From the IMG/VR virus record IMGVR_UViG_3300025012_000027, positions 74,027 through 138,026 of that record: a stretch of 64,000 nucleotides of DNA; one strand, 5' to 3'. Shown here piece by piece: positions 18,399 to 27,784 of this stretch. Origin of the DNA: a virus. The position numbers and the translations under genes were made by a program. The stretch's first letter is position 1. Each line of letters opens with the position of its first letter. The notes under the pieces were generated by a model. That model had not been told where the DNA came from, made no database searches, and saw only the letters and a program-made list of their open reading frames with translations.

Positions 18399-18940
18399 AC
18401 CGAATTGACGCGATGAAACAGGCGCTTAGTCTGCTTGAGAATGGTGTGTATGAGTTCGCCTCGTCGTGGGACGATAAAGCACCAACGATTATCAGCAACC
18501 TGCGCCAAGCCATCGAGCGGGTTGAACAGCAGCGCATAGGATGGTTGAAACCTTGCAGGGAAGGCTGGGTCGCTGACATTGACAACGCACCAATGCAAAC
18601 TGGCGAAAGCCTGCCACTCTACCTGCACCCAGCACCACCACCATCTGCCTGGAACCGGAGCATCCGTGACTCCGTGGACAGCTTGCTACGGCAAGCAGGC
18701 TACGCCGAAGACAGCAGCGTGAGGCACCAACTTGCTTGTATGGACTTCGATGTACCAACAGCACCAGCGCAGCAGCCACTAACTGAAGAGCAGATATTTG
18801 ATACCATCCCTGGTGGTATAATCGATTGTCTTTTAGATCCTTATGATGAAGGTGTCGGGGATAGAGACGAATCTCGTAGCGTACGATCCGACATCGTACG
18901 CATTGTTAGATCAATTGAAGCAAAACATGGCATTGAATGA
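18395..18940 (+). CDS. hypothetical protein
   Basis: ORF track; start moved to ATG at ATGA overlap after GGAAACAATC RBS. Confidence 0.5.
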   Translation: MNRIDAMKQALSLLENGVYEFASSWDDKAPTIISNLRQAIERVEQQRIGWLKPCREGWVADIDNAPMQTGESLPLYLHPAPPPSAWNRSIRDSVDSLLRQAGYAEDSSVRHQLACMDFDVPTAPAQQPLTEEQIFDTIPGGIIDCLLDPYDEGVGDRDESRSVRSDIVRIVRSIEAKHGIE

Positions 18941-19161
18941 AATTTATGGCGAATAACACTATTGGATACGGAACTACTTATTCTAGTGATAATGGAATCA
19001 CCATTTCACTCACCCCGCAACGCATTGTTGACCTAGAGCCTAAGACATATAGACTGCTCAAGAAACCATCAGGTGAACTCGTTCTCCAAGGTGCTTATCG
19101 TTGGTATGAAGGAGTGGAAGGAGGATTTGTGTGGAAAGATATCCCAACTGTGATCGAATAA
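18937..19161 (+). CDS. hypothetical protein
   Basis: ORF track. Confidence 0.45.
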   Translation: MKFMANNTIGYGTTYSSDNGITISLTPQRIVDLEPKTYRLLKKPSGELVLQGAYRWYEGVEGGFVWKDIPTVIE

Positions 19162-19195
19162 TGTGTTATAATGTGATATGCACCGAAGGCTAATT

Positions 19196-19468
19196 ATGAC
19201 AAACGCTTATATTATTTTACCGGCAACGACGGTATATCAGGCATGCTCTGAGTATCTCGACGATCGGAACACTCTAATTGATGCGCATCGAGAAGAGATG
19301 ATCCAGAGACTTATGGACAATAAACCTTGGTTTGGACACCCGCATACTCGAAAATCTGCTATCAAGAAGTTGCAACGAGAGAATGGAGCGTGGTATCGGG
19401 CTGCGGGACGATCGAGGCGTTGGGCCATGGCACCAAAACTACGGCATTCAGGTGGAGTGGTAAGATGA
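19196..19468 (+). CDS. hypothetical protein
   Basis: ORF track; promoter at 19164 and RBS GAAGG. Confidence 0.5.
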   Translation: MTNAYIILPATTVYQACSEYLDDRNTLIDAHREEMIQRLMDNKPWFGHPHTRKSAIKKLQRENGAWYRAAGRSRRWAMAPKLRHSGGVVR

Positions 19469-19656
19469 ACGAACGGATCAAAGAACTTATGCTAGAAGCC
19501 GGGTATGCTGCCCCTGAGATTGCTGGTAGAGCTCAGAAACTTGCCGAATTGCTTATCTTGGATAGTGCATCTTTCATAGAAGATAAATTCGATTTTTGCG
19601 GCGATGAATTGGAAGTGTCGAATGCGCTGCGAGAACGCTATGGAGTAAATGAATGA
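19465..19656 (+). CDS. hypothetical protein
   Basis: Start chosen at ATGA overlap (MNERIKELML) rather than the longer overlapping ORF 19327. Confidence 0.45.
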   Translation: MNERIKELMLEAGYAAPEIAGRAQKLAELLILDSASFIEDKFDFCGDELEVSNALRERYGVNE

Positions 19657-19877
19657 TTTGGACTAACATGAAAGTTCCTGTAGGCACCGTGCGGGTGATT
19701 AAACGGTTTGCATGGTTTGTGACGCCGTTGGATTTCCCAAAAAACCATCGCGTTTGGTTTAGCTACTACTATGAGAAGCAATACTATGGGCAATACTATA
19801 CCGAGTTCAAGTGGTATGTGTTATCTCGGCATGCCGAGTGCCCTATCATTTCAGGTGATGAGGTAGATATAGTATGA
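19653..19877 (+). CDS. hypothetical protein
   Basis: ORF track. Confidence 0.45.
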   Translation: MIWTNMKVPVGTVRVIKRFAWFVTPLDFPKNHRVWFSYYYEKQYYGQYYTEFKWYVLSRHAECPIISGDEVDIV

Positions 19878-20059
19878 ATCAGTTAAATGTGAAGTTTTTA
19901 AAAGATCTTGCGGCTAAGCAGTGCTACTACGATAGCGACCCCAACGATTGTGTTGAAGATTGGGTGGGTGGTAATGTAGATGACGCCTTTACATTGGGCG
20001 AGCGAGCAGGTGAGGTTATGTTGGCCAGACAACTTCTAGAAGTATTGGGGATCGAGTAG
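19874..20059 (+). CDS. hypothetical protein
   Basis: ORF track. Confidence 0.45.
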   Translation: MNQLNVKFLKDLAAKQCYYDSDPNDCVEDWVGGNVDDAFTLGERAGEVMLARQLLEVLGIE

Positions 20060-20061
20060 AC

Positions 20062-20421
20062 ATGACACCAAAAATTTTACACTATTATGAGTGGGACGAT
20101 ATCCAAGTAGAACTGTGCAAGAACTTGAATATCCCAGAAACACAGTTTAGATCTATGAGCCGCGACGACTGTTTTCGGGGAGATTGCTGGCACGTTTGGC
20201 TATCACTGTGGGGTGATCGAGTTCGCAATGACTTATTCGATTCGGTTTGGTTCTTTCCATCGGACGAAAAGGGCGACAAAGACGGCGAATGGGGATACTT
20301 GGAAGAACAAGCGGTGAAAGAATATGGCGAATGGGCCCGAGCATTTGTGAAAGCTGTTGAGAAGTTGGTGATTGATCATCTTCTAGCCAACAAAGAAACT
20401 ATAATTCACTATAGTTGGTAA
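20062..20421 (+). CDS. hypothetical protein
   Basis: ORF track. Confidence 0.5.
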   Translation: MTPKILHYYEWDDIQVELCKNLNIPETQFRSMSRDDCFRGDCWHVWLSLWGDRVRNDLFDSVWFFPSDEKGDKDGEWGYLEEQAVKEYGEWARAFVKAVEKLVIDHLLANKETIIHYSW

Positions 20422-20422
20422 T

Positions 20423-20788
20423 ATGAATGAAACACTGATGTTATTGACGTGGTTGATCATCAAGCACTTCATTATAGATTTTCCGCTACAGACTAGATAC
20501 CAGTACAGCAACAAAGGCACGTATGGCCATTTAGGAGGCTTACTACACGCCGGTCTGCACTCCCTGGGGACATATGCAGTGTTTGTTATGTGGTATCCTG
20601 GTATTGCGGTTATATTAGCCCTCATAGACGGGGCGGTTCACTATCACATCGACTGGGCTAAAGTGAATATCAACAAGCGTCTAGGTTGGGGGCCTACTAC
20701 TCACGAAGAGTTTTGGTGGTTGTTAGGGTTAGATCAATTTATACATTCTCTGACATATATTTTACTTGTTTGGATAGTTACACAATGA
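20423..20788 (+). CDS. integral membrane protein (DUF3307-like)
   Basis: Multiple TM helices; GTYGHLGGLLHAGLHSLGTY. Confidence 0.5.
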   Translation: MNETLMLLTWLIIKHFIIDFPLQTRYQYSNKGTYGHLGGLLHAGLHSLGTYAVFVMWYPGIAVILALIDGAVHYHIDWAKVNINKRLGWGPTTHEEFWWLLGLDQFIHSLTYILLVWIVTQ

Positions 20789-21264
20789 TACACCACGTTA
20801 CTGGCGATCTAGTTGCTCTCGCCGATGCTGGGGAATTCGATATCGTCGTTCATGGATGCAATTGCTTCAACACAATGGGGGCTGGTATAGCTAAACAGTT
20901 GAGAACTAGGTGGCCAGATATTGCCAAAGCAGATGCCGCTACTATAAAAGGCAACTATAATAAACTGGGAACATTCAGCTTTGCATACATACCCGACGCC
21001 GACAAAGATTTCTTGGCCATAAACGCATATACGCAGTATAAGATTCGCCGAGAGTTTCAGGAAGATGTGTTTGAATACACATCGTTTAAGATGATTCTGC
21101 AGAAACTATACTATCTGCATGGCTGTGAAAATTTTGGATTCCCTAAGATTGGTATGGGGCTCGCTGGCGGAGATGAAAATCGTATCATGAGCATGTTAAA
21201 TTATTTTTCAGAAGCAGTTGACAAACGCGGTGGATCTGTTACACTAGTGACACTAGGAGAGTAA
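20785..21264 (+). CDS. macro-domain protein (ADP-ribose binding/hydrolase-like)
   Basis: FDIVVHGCNCFNTMGAGIAKQL and IGMGLAGGD match macro-domain signatures; start at ATGA overlap. Confidence 0.65.
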   Translation: MIHHVTGDLVALADAGEFDIVVHGCNCFNTMGAGIAKQLRTRWPDIAKADAATIKGNYNKLGTFSFAYIPDADKDFLAINAYTQYKIRREFQEDVFEYTSFKMILQKLYYLHGCENFGFPKIGMGLAGGDENRIMSMLNYFSEAVDKRGGSVTLVTLGE

Positions 21265-21413
21265 GATGAAAATTAAACAAGCCTTGATTTTTGTGTTTGA
21301 ACAGGTCGCGTGTAGGTTGATTCTCGTAGCGTTGGGTATTGGTATATCAGTGTTTGGTCTGATAGCACCAACAAAGACACTTGATGCGCTAGCAAGGACT
21401 AAATGGTAATGTT

Positions 21414-21608
21414 ATGACTATATCAAAGAATCTTGTGGTTAGGGCTGCGGTGTGGGCAGCGTCGGTTATCGGGTTTGTTACAGCGTCGATCATCAATTAT
21501 GACGCATATGTTTACGTGCTTCATTTTATAGGACTGTGCACGTGTTTCTACCAAATACTGCAATGGTCTAAGCGATTGTGGCCTTTAGCAGGAAATCAAA
21601 ATGACTGA
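21414..21608 (+). CDS. small membrane protein
   Basis: ORF track; two TM helices. Confidence 0.45.
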   Translation: MTISKNLVVRAAVWAASVIGFVTASIINYDAYVYVLHFIGLCTCFYQILQWSKRLWPLAGNQND

Positions 21609-21888
21609 CTGGTACGACGATTGGAAAAAGAAATCTGAAGCGTATAAGCCGAATGAACCCGACCAAGGAGTCTTGTGGATGAAACAGATGGCGTTAATGT
21701 CGCCTCACTTTAAAGAGCTACGAGATCGAGAAAACAAGATTTCAGTTAACGAACATTGGATGAACGCATTTGGTCAGATGTGCTATGATATGGGTACTCA
21801 ACGGATCGACGATCGGTCTTATGAAATGGGGTATGCAAAGGCCAGAAAAGATATCGCAGATTTGTTAGGATTTTCTGAAGAAGATTGA
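21601..21888 (+). CDS. hypothetical protein
   Basis: ORF track. Confidence 0.5.
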   Translation: MTDWYDDWKKKSEAYKPNEPDQGVLWMKQMALMSPHFKELRDRENKISVNEHWMNAFGQMCYDMGTQRIDDRSYEMGYAKARKDIADLLGFSEED

Positions 21889-21920
21889 TATGCGTTCTTA
21901 AAACGTGTTATAATCTTAAC

Positions 21921-22394
21921 ATGAACACTTTTACATCATACATCAAATCACTGTTTGCTACAAAGAAGATTCGGCGCATCGCGTTTCTTGATGGCGACCA
22001 ACCTCTCCCAGGAGTGTTATCGGCATATCACAAATATGTCGTCGGGACCGGTACAGACACACATCTAATTCGATATAAACGAGATGATCATAAAGAGCCT
22101 AAGATCCTCAAGAACCTCGACGAGGTAAACAAAGTTTATCTGACTGGGTATCGAACTGGAAAAGAGATTGTTGACAAGTTTATCGCGGGGTCTATCCAAC
22201 AAGCGGTCAGTGATGGGTATCAACATATCACGGTCATCTCATCGGATTATGATTTCATCGATATTTTCAAGATGGCTGTGCAAATCAACCCATCAGCGAG
22301 TAACGTTTCATTTCACATTATTGTGCCGCACGCGCAAGGTATGATGGTTGATACGCCGGCGCAGATCGCAAACATTGAAATTATCAAGATGTGA
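21921..22394 (+). CDS. hypothetical protein
   Basis: ORF track; start after promoter at 21906. Confidence 0.5.
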   Translation: MNTFTSYIKSLFATKKIRRIAFLDGDQPLPGVLSAYHKYVVGTGTDTHLIRYKRDDHKEPKILKNLDEVNKVYLTGYRTGKEIVDKFIAGSIQQAVSDGYQHITVISSDYDFIDIFKMAVQINPSASNVSFHIIVPHAQGMMVDTPAQIANIEIIKM

Positions 22395-22409
22395 GAATAC
22401 GGAACTAAT

Positions 22410-22685
22410 ATGAATATAATCGCAGCTCATAAACAATGTGTGTTTGACGTATACGTTGAAGATTATTACGTCGATGTGTTTGAATCAGCGGTGGGCAGGC
22501 TCAACCAGCGGCTGGGTACAAGTTTCACCACCGATACTATTTCGGACCTAGTTAATGCAGAAGATATTGTAACGCTGTGGAACAATTTTTGGATCATATT
22601 GCCCGATTCGCCGTCCATACATCGGCCACCGTTCGATTTGGTGTGTGAGATTTGCGAATACGATTACAGAGAGGATGACGAATGA
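22410..22685 (+). CDS. hypothetical protein
   Basis: ORF track. Confidence 0.45.
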   Translation: MNIIAAHKQCVFDVYVEDYYVDVFESAVGRLNQRLGTSFTTDTISDLVNAEDIVTLWNNFWIILPDSPSIHRPPFDLVCEICEYDYREDDE

Positions 22686-22891
22686 CCGACCATGAAAAAT
22701 CCATTGTATCAAGTGCGGTGCAAGCAGAACGAGATCGTATCACTAAAATCTTGCGGGGAATTGATGCATGTGAGCTAGACGACCCATTCGGTTGGTGGGA
22801 AACAAGCACAGGCGCAGACTTCGGTAACAATATATTGTATCAAATAAACAACTCGTTCATTGATGTATGTGACACTTTTGGATTGAGTTGA
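22682..22891 (+). CDS. hypothetical protein
   Basis: ORF track. Confidence 0.45.
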   Translation: MTDHEKSIVSSAVQAERDRITKILRGIDACELDDPFGWWETSTGADFGNNILYQINNSFIDVCDTFGLS

Positions 22892-23256
22892 TGCGAGTTG
22901 TTTTATACGCACATGACTTTGAGCCAATCACAGTCATTGAACTGTCAACTTTCGTGACAGACTATCTCGAACGATATGGGCGATGTTCTATTGCGGTTCC
23001 TATGCCGCTGTTGTTAGACGCTATGCCATCGACGACTATACGTCAAACATATCCGCGAGTAGATATAATTGCAGAACGATTGAGGTTTCATCGTGGAGAC
23101 CACTTGATGCTATTCACAGCCGATGAAGAATCTGCATTGCTGTTGAAGTCTGTGTTTTTGCCTGGACAGTATAGGCAGTTGCACTCCGAGACTCGTGACG
23201 CATATGCCAGAGGGTTCCTTGCAGCAATCACCGCATTGGGTCATAATGGCAGTTAA
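22888..23256 (+). CDS. hypothetical protein
   Basis: ORF track. Confidence 0.5.
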   Translation: MMRVVLYAHDFEPITVIELSTFVTDYLERYGRCSIAVPMPLLLDAMPSTTIRQTYPRVDIIAERLRFHRGDHLMLFTADEESALLLKSVFLPGQYRQLHSETRDAYARGFLAAITALGHNGS

Positions 23257-23488
23257 GTTTAGACTGGGTAATAGATTCTACTCAAAGCAACGTGATATGA
23301 TCGAATGGTGCGTCGATCACGCGGGTGATGGTGGCTGGATAGCAGATGATATATCACTTTCGCTGGATAAATCGTGGGGAGTGGTATCAATGTTCGGCAT
23401 ATCATTCTTCATGTTTGCCGATATGGCAACAGCATTACAGTTTGCTGAGAAGTTTGAATGTAGGGATTGTTTAACGAAAGATTATTGA
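23246..23488 (+). CDS. hypothetical protein
   Basis: ORF track; start moved to internal ATG near stop of previous gene. Confidence 0.4.
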   Translation: MAVKFRLGNRFYSKQRDMIEWCVDHAGDGGWIADDISLSLDKSWGVVSMFGISFFMFADMATALQFAEKFECRDCLTKDY

Positions 23489-23490
23489 CT

Positions 23491-23742
23491 ATGAACAAAC
23501 ACATTGCGGGTATTATCAAATCATCCGGCATACATGATGACATGCTTGAACAATGTATGTTCGGCGATGCGCATACATATGAAATGATCGATGATGATCT
23601 ATCAAAATTTGCCGAGACTATCGTGCAAGAATGTATTAGGCAGATACAAATGGGTATTGCTAGAGACGGATATGATACACCAGAATACCGACGATCTATC
23701 AAACACATAACCGACATCAAACGGTATTTTAGTTTGATCTAA
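23491..23742 (+). CDS. hypothetical protein
   Basis: ORF track; start moved to ATG after previous stop. Confidence 0.45.
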   Translation: MNKHIAGIIKSSGIHDDMLEQCMFGDAHTYEMIDDDLSKFAETIVQECIRQIQMGIARDGYDTPEYRRSIKHITDIKRYFSLI

Positions 23743-23804
23743 TCTTAAATAACGAGTATCTATCAATTTCAACCGCTGGTTGATTAGGTGCAAGGGAGAA
23801 CTTT

Positions 23805-23960
23805 ATGTTGGTAATCATACCGATATTTTTGTGTTGCGTTTTTGCTATTCTAGGGATCGTAGAGTCCAGATTCTCCACGCGCCTTGCTTGGCTGTGTGCG
23901 TCGTTAGTTGCTCTTAATTGGGAAATCGCTCAATTAAGGTTGTCTGGATGGCTTTGGTAG
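23805..23960 (+). CDS. small membrane protein (51 aa)
   Basis: Below ORF cutoff; RBS AAGGGAGAA; hydrophobic. Confidence 0.35.
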   Translation: MLVIIPIFLCCVFAILGIVESRFSTRLAWLCASLVALNWEIAQLRLSGWLW

Positions 23961-23998
23961 TCGTTTCTGTGTTATAATACGTGTAGCAGGAGTACATT

Positions 23999-24217
23999 AT
24001 GAGCGAACCGTTAGTTGGTCAAAATGATCTCGCGACTCTCGAGACTATGTTGGCGAATCATAACTGGCAGTATGGTCAGTCTGACGATCCAGCTGATTGG
24101 ATACGATCCAGGGATGAACTCGCGGCCATCATTAATTTGATGGAGATTCTAGCAAAGGCTGGTGCTGGCGTAGAAGCTAGGGCGCTATATACCAAATACT
24201 GTGAATATGCTGTATGA
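23999..24217 (+). CDS. hypothetical protein
   Basis: ORF track; promoter at 23970, RBS AGGAG. Confidence 0.55.
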   Translation: MSEPLVGQNDLATLETMLANHNWQYGQSDDPADWIRSRDELAAIINLMEILAKAGAGVEARALYTKYCEYAV

Positions 24218-24408
24218 AACGAATAATTAACGATACGTCGATCATTTTAGATAAATACTGGCTGGCAGGTATCGGCGGGGTATCTGTGGTATTCTGTTTG
24301 ATTACGGGGGATTACCTCACTTCTATATGGGCGTTAGCATTCACGATCAGTCGTTTGCATGTCATTAGCTTGCAAGACTTGGTAGAACAACTCGAAGAAA
24401 CACAATAA
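24214..24408 (+). CDS. small membrane protein
   Basis: ORF track. Confidence 0.45.
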   Translation: MKRIINDTSIILDKYWLAGIGGVSVVFCLITGDYLTSIWALAFTISRLHVISLQDLVEQLEETQ

Positions 24409-24417
24409 GGAACTATC

Positions 24418-24594
24418 ATGACAATCAGTAATGTCATAGCACTCGCAAGTTTCATCGTCATAATGGGACTCATCATGTTCGAGGTGATCGGAAGCAGAAA
24501 GCGTCGAGCATTGCGGCTACAGATGATCGATGTATGTGCAGATTGTGAAAAAGCTAGACTTTTGCGCGAAAAATTTGATAGTGAATGTGGTTAA
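24418..24594 (+). CDS. small membrane protein (58 aa)
   Basis: Below ORF cutoff; RBS AAGGAACTATC. Confidence 0.35.
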   Translation: MTISNVIALASFIVIMGLIMFEVIGSRKRRALRLQMIDVCADCEKARLLREKFDSECG

Positions 24595-24641
24595 ACTAGA
24601 AAATCTGTGTTATAATACCTCTACAAACAGTAAAGGTGTAT

Positions 24642-25175
24642 ATGCAAACAAAGATCGATCAAGTTAAGGCAAAAGTCGCGCACTGCATTCAACTAGCCCA
24701 GCAAAAGTTAGGCATCAATCTTCCCACTATTGACGTTCGATTCGATCTTCGTGGTCGGGCTGCCGGCCAAGCCGGTCGTATTACTCACATCAACGGATTT
24801 CGAGAGTTTTACGTTCGATTCAATGTACATCATATTTCTAGTGACGCAGACTTCGAGCATCTCTTGAACTCAACTGTCCCGCATGAAATTGCGCATAGCG
24901 TATGTCAAGCTTTCCCACATCTAGGTGATAACCATGATGCTGGGTGGAAGCGTATTTGTATTATGCTGGGTGGCAATGGCTCTCGTTGTTATTCAGCTGA
25001 AGACGCGCCAGATGCAACTGCTCGGCTTAAGCCAATCATCTATACTGCAACGAACGGCAAACAAGTACGTGTTACTAAAGTAATCCACGGCAAGATTCAA
25101 CGCGGTAAAAACTATATTGAACCTACAGGCGGTCGGCTTACACGCGATTGCCAATACAGTTTGGCAGTAAAATGA
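24642..25175 (+). CDS. SprT-like zinc metallopeptidase domain protein
   Basis: HEIAH (HExxH) followed by ...HDAGWKRI resembling the SprT HExxH...H..W arrangement. Confidence 0.45.
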   Translation: MQTKIDQVKAKVAHCIQLAQQKLGINLPTIDVRFDLRGRAAGQAGRITHINGFREFYVRFNVHHISSDADFEHLLNSTVPHEIAHSVCQAFPHLGDNHDAGWKRICIMLGGNGSRCYSAEDAPDATARLKPIIYTATNGKQVRVTKVIHGKIQRGKNYIEPTGGRLTRDCQYSLAVK

Positions 25176-25681
25176 AACTGGTGTATAACGACACTGGGGC
25201 GACCCCATTTTGGTATTGGGTAAATCCAAAGTTTCCACGTGATATGATGAGCCAAAAGTTCTATTCAGAACCACTTGCATTGCAATGGCGAGGTAGAGTT
25301 GGACATGAGAACTTTGGCGATATTGAAGAATTGACTGCTGAAATTACAGAACTACGCGCCAAGCTCGCTGCGCTAGAGGGGGCAGAGTTGGTACTGACGT
25401 TTAACTTTGGGACGCTTGTTAAAGTTGTTTTTCAAGACCACGCGTTATTCGAGGTTGACTTGTCACCACAACCGTATTTCCAGGTTTGCTGGGCGAGTGG
25501 TTGGGGCGGAGCATACGAAAGCGAAGAAGATGCTATCGATGAATCCCGCAGTCTATGTGGGTACGGCCGCAGCATTCGCGAAGTCAAACCCGGCGATGAT
25601 GAATACAAAAATCCACGCTATTTGAGCCTCACGGAACAACGCATTCCACTACAAGCAGCACTCAACTTTTTGAAAGATTAA
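25172..25681 (+). CDS. hypothetical protein
   Basis: ORF track; start at ATGA overlap. Confidence 0.5.
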   Translation: MKLVYNDTGATPFWYWVNPKFPRDMMSQKFYSEPLALQWRGRVGHENFGDIEELTAEITELRAKLAALEGAELVLTFNFGTLVKVVFQDHALFEVDLSPQPYFQVCWASGWGGAYESEEDAIDESRSLCGYGRSIREVKPGDDEYKNPRYLSLTEQRIPLQAALNFLKD

Positions 25682-25683
25682 TC

Positions 25684-25965
25684 ATGTTAAAAACCTTTAA
25701 AGCTGCGTTGAAAAGAATCCGCCCCCTCATCGAGAGTGGTAGAGAGTGCTTTATTTGCACGGCGCTGTTCAAGACAGGCAATGGTAGATTCATCCATCGT
25801 ATCACAGAACAGTTGACTGGTCTAAATGGGAGTCGATGTCCAACATACGATAGTTGGTTATATCAGTATCATCGCGAGACATATATTAAAATGACAGATG
25901 CTGATGTTGTAGAAGGTCGACTTCAATGGATCGACCATATGATTGCTCAAGAAACTGTGTTATAA
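25684..25965 (+). CDS. small protein, paralog family copy 2
   Basis: Paralog of 15874 and 25972; C-terminus EGRLQWIDHMIAQETVL. Confidence 0.6.
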   Translation: MLKTFKAALKRIRPLIESGRECFICTALFKTGNGRFIHRITEQLTGLNGSRCPTYDSWLYQYHRETYIKMTDADVVEGRLQWIDHMIAQETVL

Positions 25966-25971
25966 TATACT

Positions 25972-26253
25972 ATGAGTACAACATTCAAACAAGCATTGAT
26001 CAAGATTCGCCCACTTATAAAGAGTGGCGAAGCAAGTTACATCTGTGTTGCATTATACATGACCGATAACTTCAAGTTCGATGGCCGCATCCACCGTCAG
26101 CTGGTTGATGCTATGGGTAACTCATGTAGTTCATATGAACAATGGATGTATATGACACATCGAGCAGTGAGTCGTAAAATGACTGCTCGCGATTACAGAG
26201 AAGGTCGACTTCAATGGATCGACCATATGATTGCTCAAGAAACTGTGTTATAA
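25972..26253 (+). CDS. small protein, paralog family copy 3 (tandem to copy 2)
   Basis: Last 58 bp identical to the end of copy 2. Confidence 0.6.
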   Translation: MSTTFKQALIKIRPLIKSGEASYICVALYMTDNFKFDGRIHRQLVDAMGNSCSSYEQWMYMTHRAVSRKMTARDYREGRLQWIDHMIAQETVL

Positions 26254-26273
26254 TATTTTAAAAGGAGTTTGAC

Positions 26274-26540
26274 ATGACAATGACCGCAGAAGAATTTTCC
26301 AGTCAATTTGTTGACGAATATGGCGACGTAAACGATCCGAGTATACCGCTAGTGTATGTGGGTGATGAACAGATTGAAATGAAGATGGTTTACACTTCAA
26401 ACGTATACCAGTGCGGGGAGCAGTTCTTTGAGGTGATGCTTGCAAGGTCTAACTCCGGGTATTGGGGTGATGCAGAATACGAGGATCCACAGGTCTCGGA
26501 AGTATTCCCATATACCTTTACCGAGACTCGATACAAATAG
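26274..26540 (+). CDS. hypothetical protein
   Basis: ORF track; RBS AAGGAG. Confidence 0.55.
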   Translation: MTMTAEEFSSQFVDEYGDVNDPSIPLVYVGDEQIEMKMVYTSNVYQCGEQFFEVMLARSNSGYWGDAEYEDPQVSEVFPYTFTETRYK

Positions 26541-26662
26541 GAACTATCATGAAAAAGAAATTTTATCGCATTGGATATGAGATTGGCAAAACTGTTTCTC
26601 ATATTGCGTTGTTTGTAAACTACATGATGTTCCCCTTCAAGTAATTTGTGTTATAATTCGGT

Positions 26663-26914
26663 ATGATCACAAAATTTAACTCCTTTGTAGCAGGTATCCC
26701 ATGTATCATCCAAGTCGATGATTATGAGCCTACTATCCCAGGACATCGTAGAGGACATCCCGATAATTGGGAAGATGACATCGTTGGATACTTCGACTAT
26801 ACGATTTGTGATCGAACCGGCCGCCCAGCACCTTGGTTGGATAAAAAAGAAACTGAAGCTGATCAGGCCCAAATTTTGGAAGACTTTCTCGAGGCCTTGA
26901 AAAATGATCAATAA
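26663..26914 (+). CDS. hypothetical protein
   Basis: ORF track; promoter at 26649. Confidence 0.5.
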   Translation: MITKFNSFVAGIPCIIQVDDYEPTIPGHRRGHPDNWEDDIVGYFDYTICDRTGRPAPWLDKKETEADQAQILEDFLEALKNDQ

Positions 26915-27134
26915 ACATTACGAATGGCGAAAGATCAACGACGACGGATCCTTAGCATATACTGACGAACTCGGACCATACTTCGATCGAGATCGAACGC
27001 TGCGAGATGGAGCGTGGAATACCGAGGCCGAGGCCGTTGCAGCGCTTGAAGCGTGCGCGACCAAATATACTATATACGGATCGAATCGACTATTAGTATT
27101 GCTAACTGTATATGAGGCTCCCTGTGAAATTTAA
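26904..27134 (+). CDS. hypothetical protein
   Basis: ORF track. Confidence 0.45.
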   Translation: MINKHYEWRKINDDGSLAYTDELGPYFDRDRTLRDGAWNTEAEAVAALEACATKYTIYGSNRLLVLLTVYEAPCEI

Positions 27135-27378
27135 CGGATATAACGTTGTCGTAACGAGAGACATTCCTAAAATGACGTTGTCTCCTGGGGATTATGTTAC
27201 GCTCGAATTTCGTAAAGAAATGGACGCCTGGTTGCTACAATTCTTTGGATCAACCAATCTTCTAAAAGATGGTGAATCGATGGTGACTGAATTAGATAAG
27301 AAGATCTTTATGAATCCTCGCACATACCATATTCTTAAAAAACAAGCATATAACTATGGCGTTAACGATTATGTTTGA
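27112..27378 (+). CDS. hypothetical protein
   Basis: ORF track. Confidence 0.45.
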   Translation: MRLPVKFNGYNVVVTRDIPKMTLSPGDYVTLEFRKEMDAWLLQFFGSTNLLKDGESMVTELDKKIFMNPRTYHILKKQAYNYGVNDYV

Positions 27379-27784
27379 TAAATATACACAATTTCATAAT
27401 ACGCCTGTCAACACGACTGTCACCATCACCGAGAAACGAGCGCCTACAGACGAAAGCGTAAAATTGCTTCGTGAAATGGAAGCATCTGCCGCAGCATCGG
27501 TGTTGAACAGTGTACGCCTCGAAAACTGCGAACTTGACATTGTGTTGCATCACATGCGAGACCAATTTGCATTAGATTTGCTCATTGCTATTAACTATCG
27601 ATTGGGTGGTACTCGAGTGACCCTCTACCATACTGTCCGAGATTTAGGTGAACCGAGAACTGTGCTCAATGAGCGAATATCGCGAGAACTGGTCGCAATT
27701 CTCTCTAACAGCATTGCCGTTAACATGCTAAAGTCTGTATCGCCGACCACTATGAAGCAACTTTTTCAATCAAATACACTATGA
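27356..27784 (+). CDS. hypothetical protein
   Basis: ORF track. Confidence 0.5.
   Translation: MALTIMFDKYTQFHNTPVNTTVTITEKRAPTDESVKLLREMEASAAASVLNSVRLENCELDIVLHHMRDQFALDLLIAINYRLGGTRVTLYHTVRDLGEPRTVLNERISRELVAILSNSIAVNMLKSVSPTTMKQLFQSNTL

Noticed and set aside
19327-19656. 109-aa ORF overlapping 19178-19468 in another frame
   Set aside because: Shortened to 19465-19656, where an ATG overlaps the upstream stop (ATGA), the pattern used throughout the window
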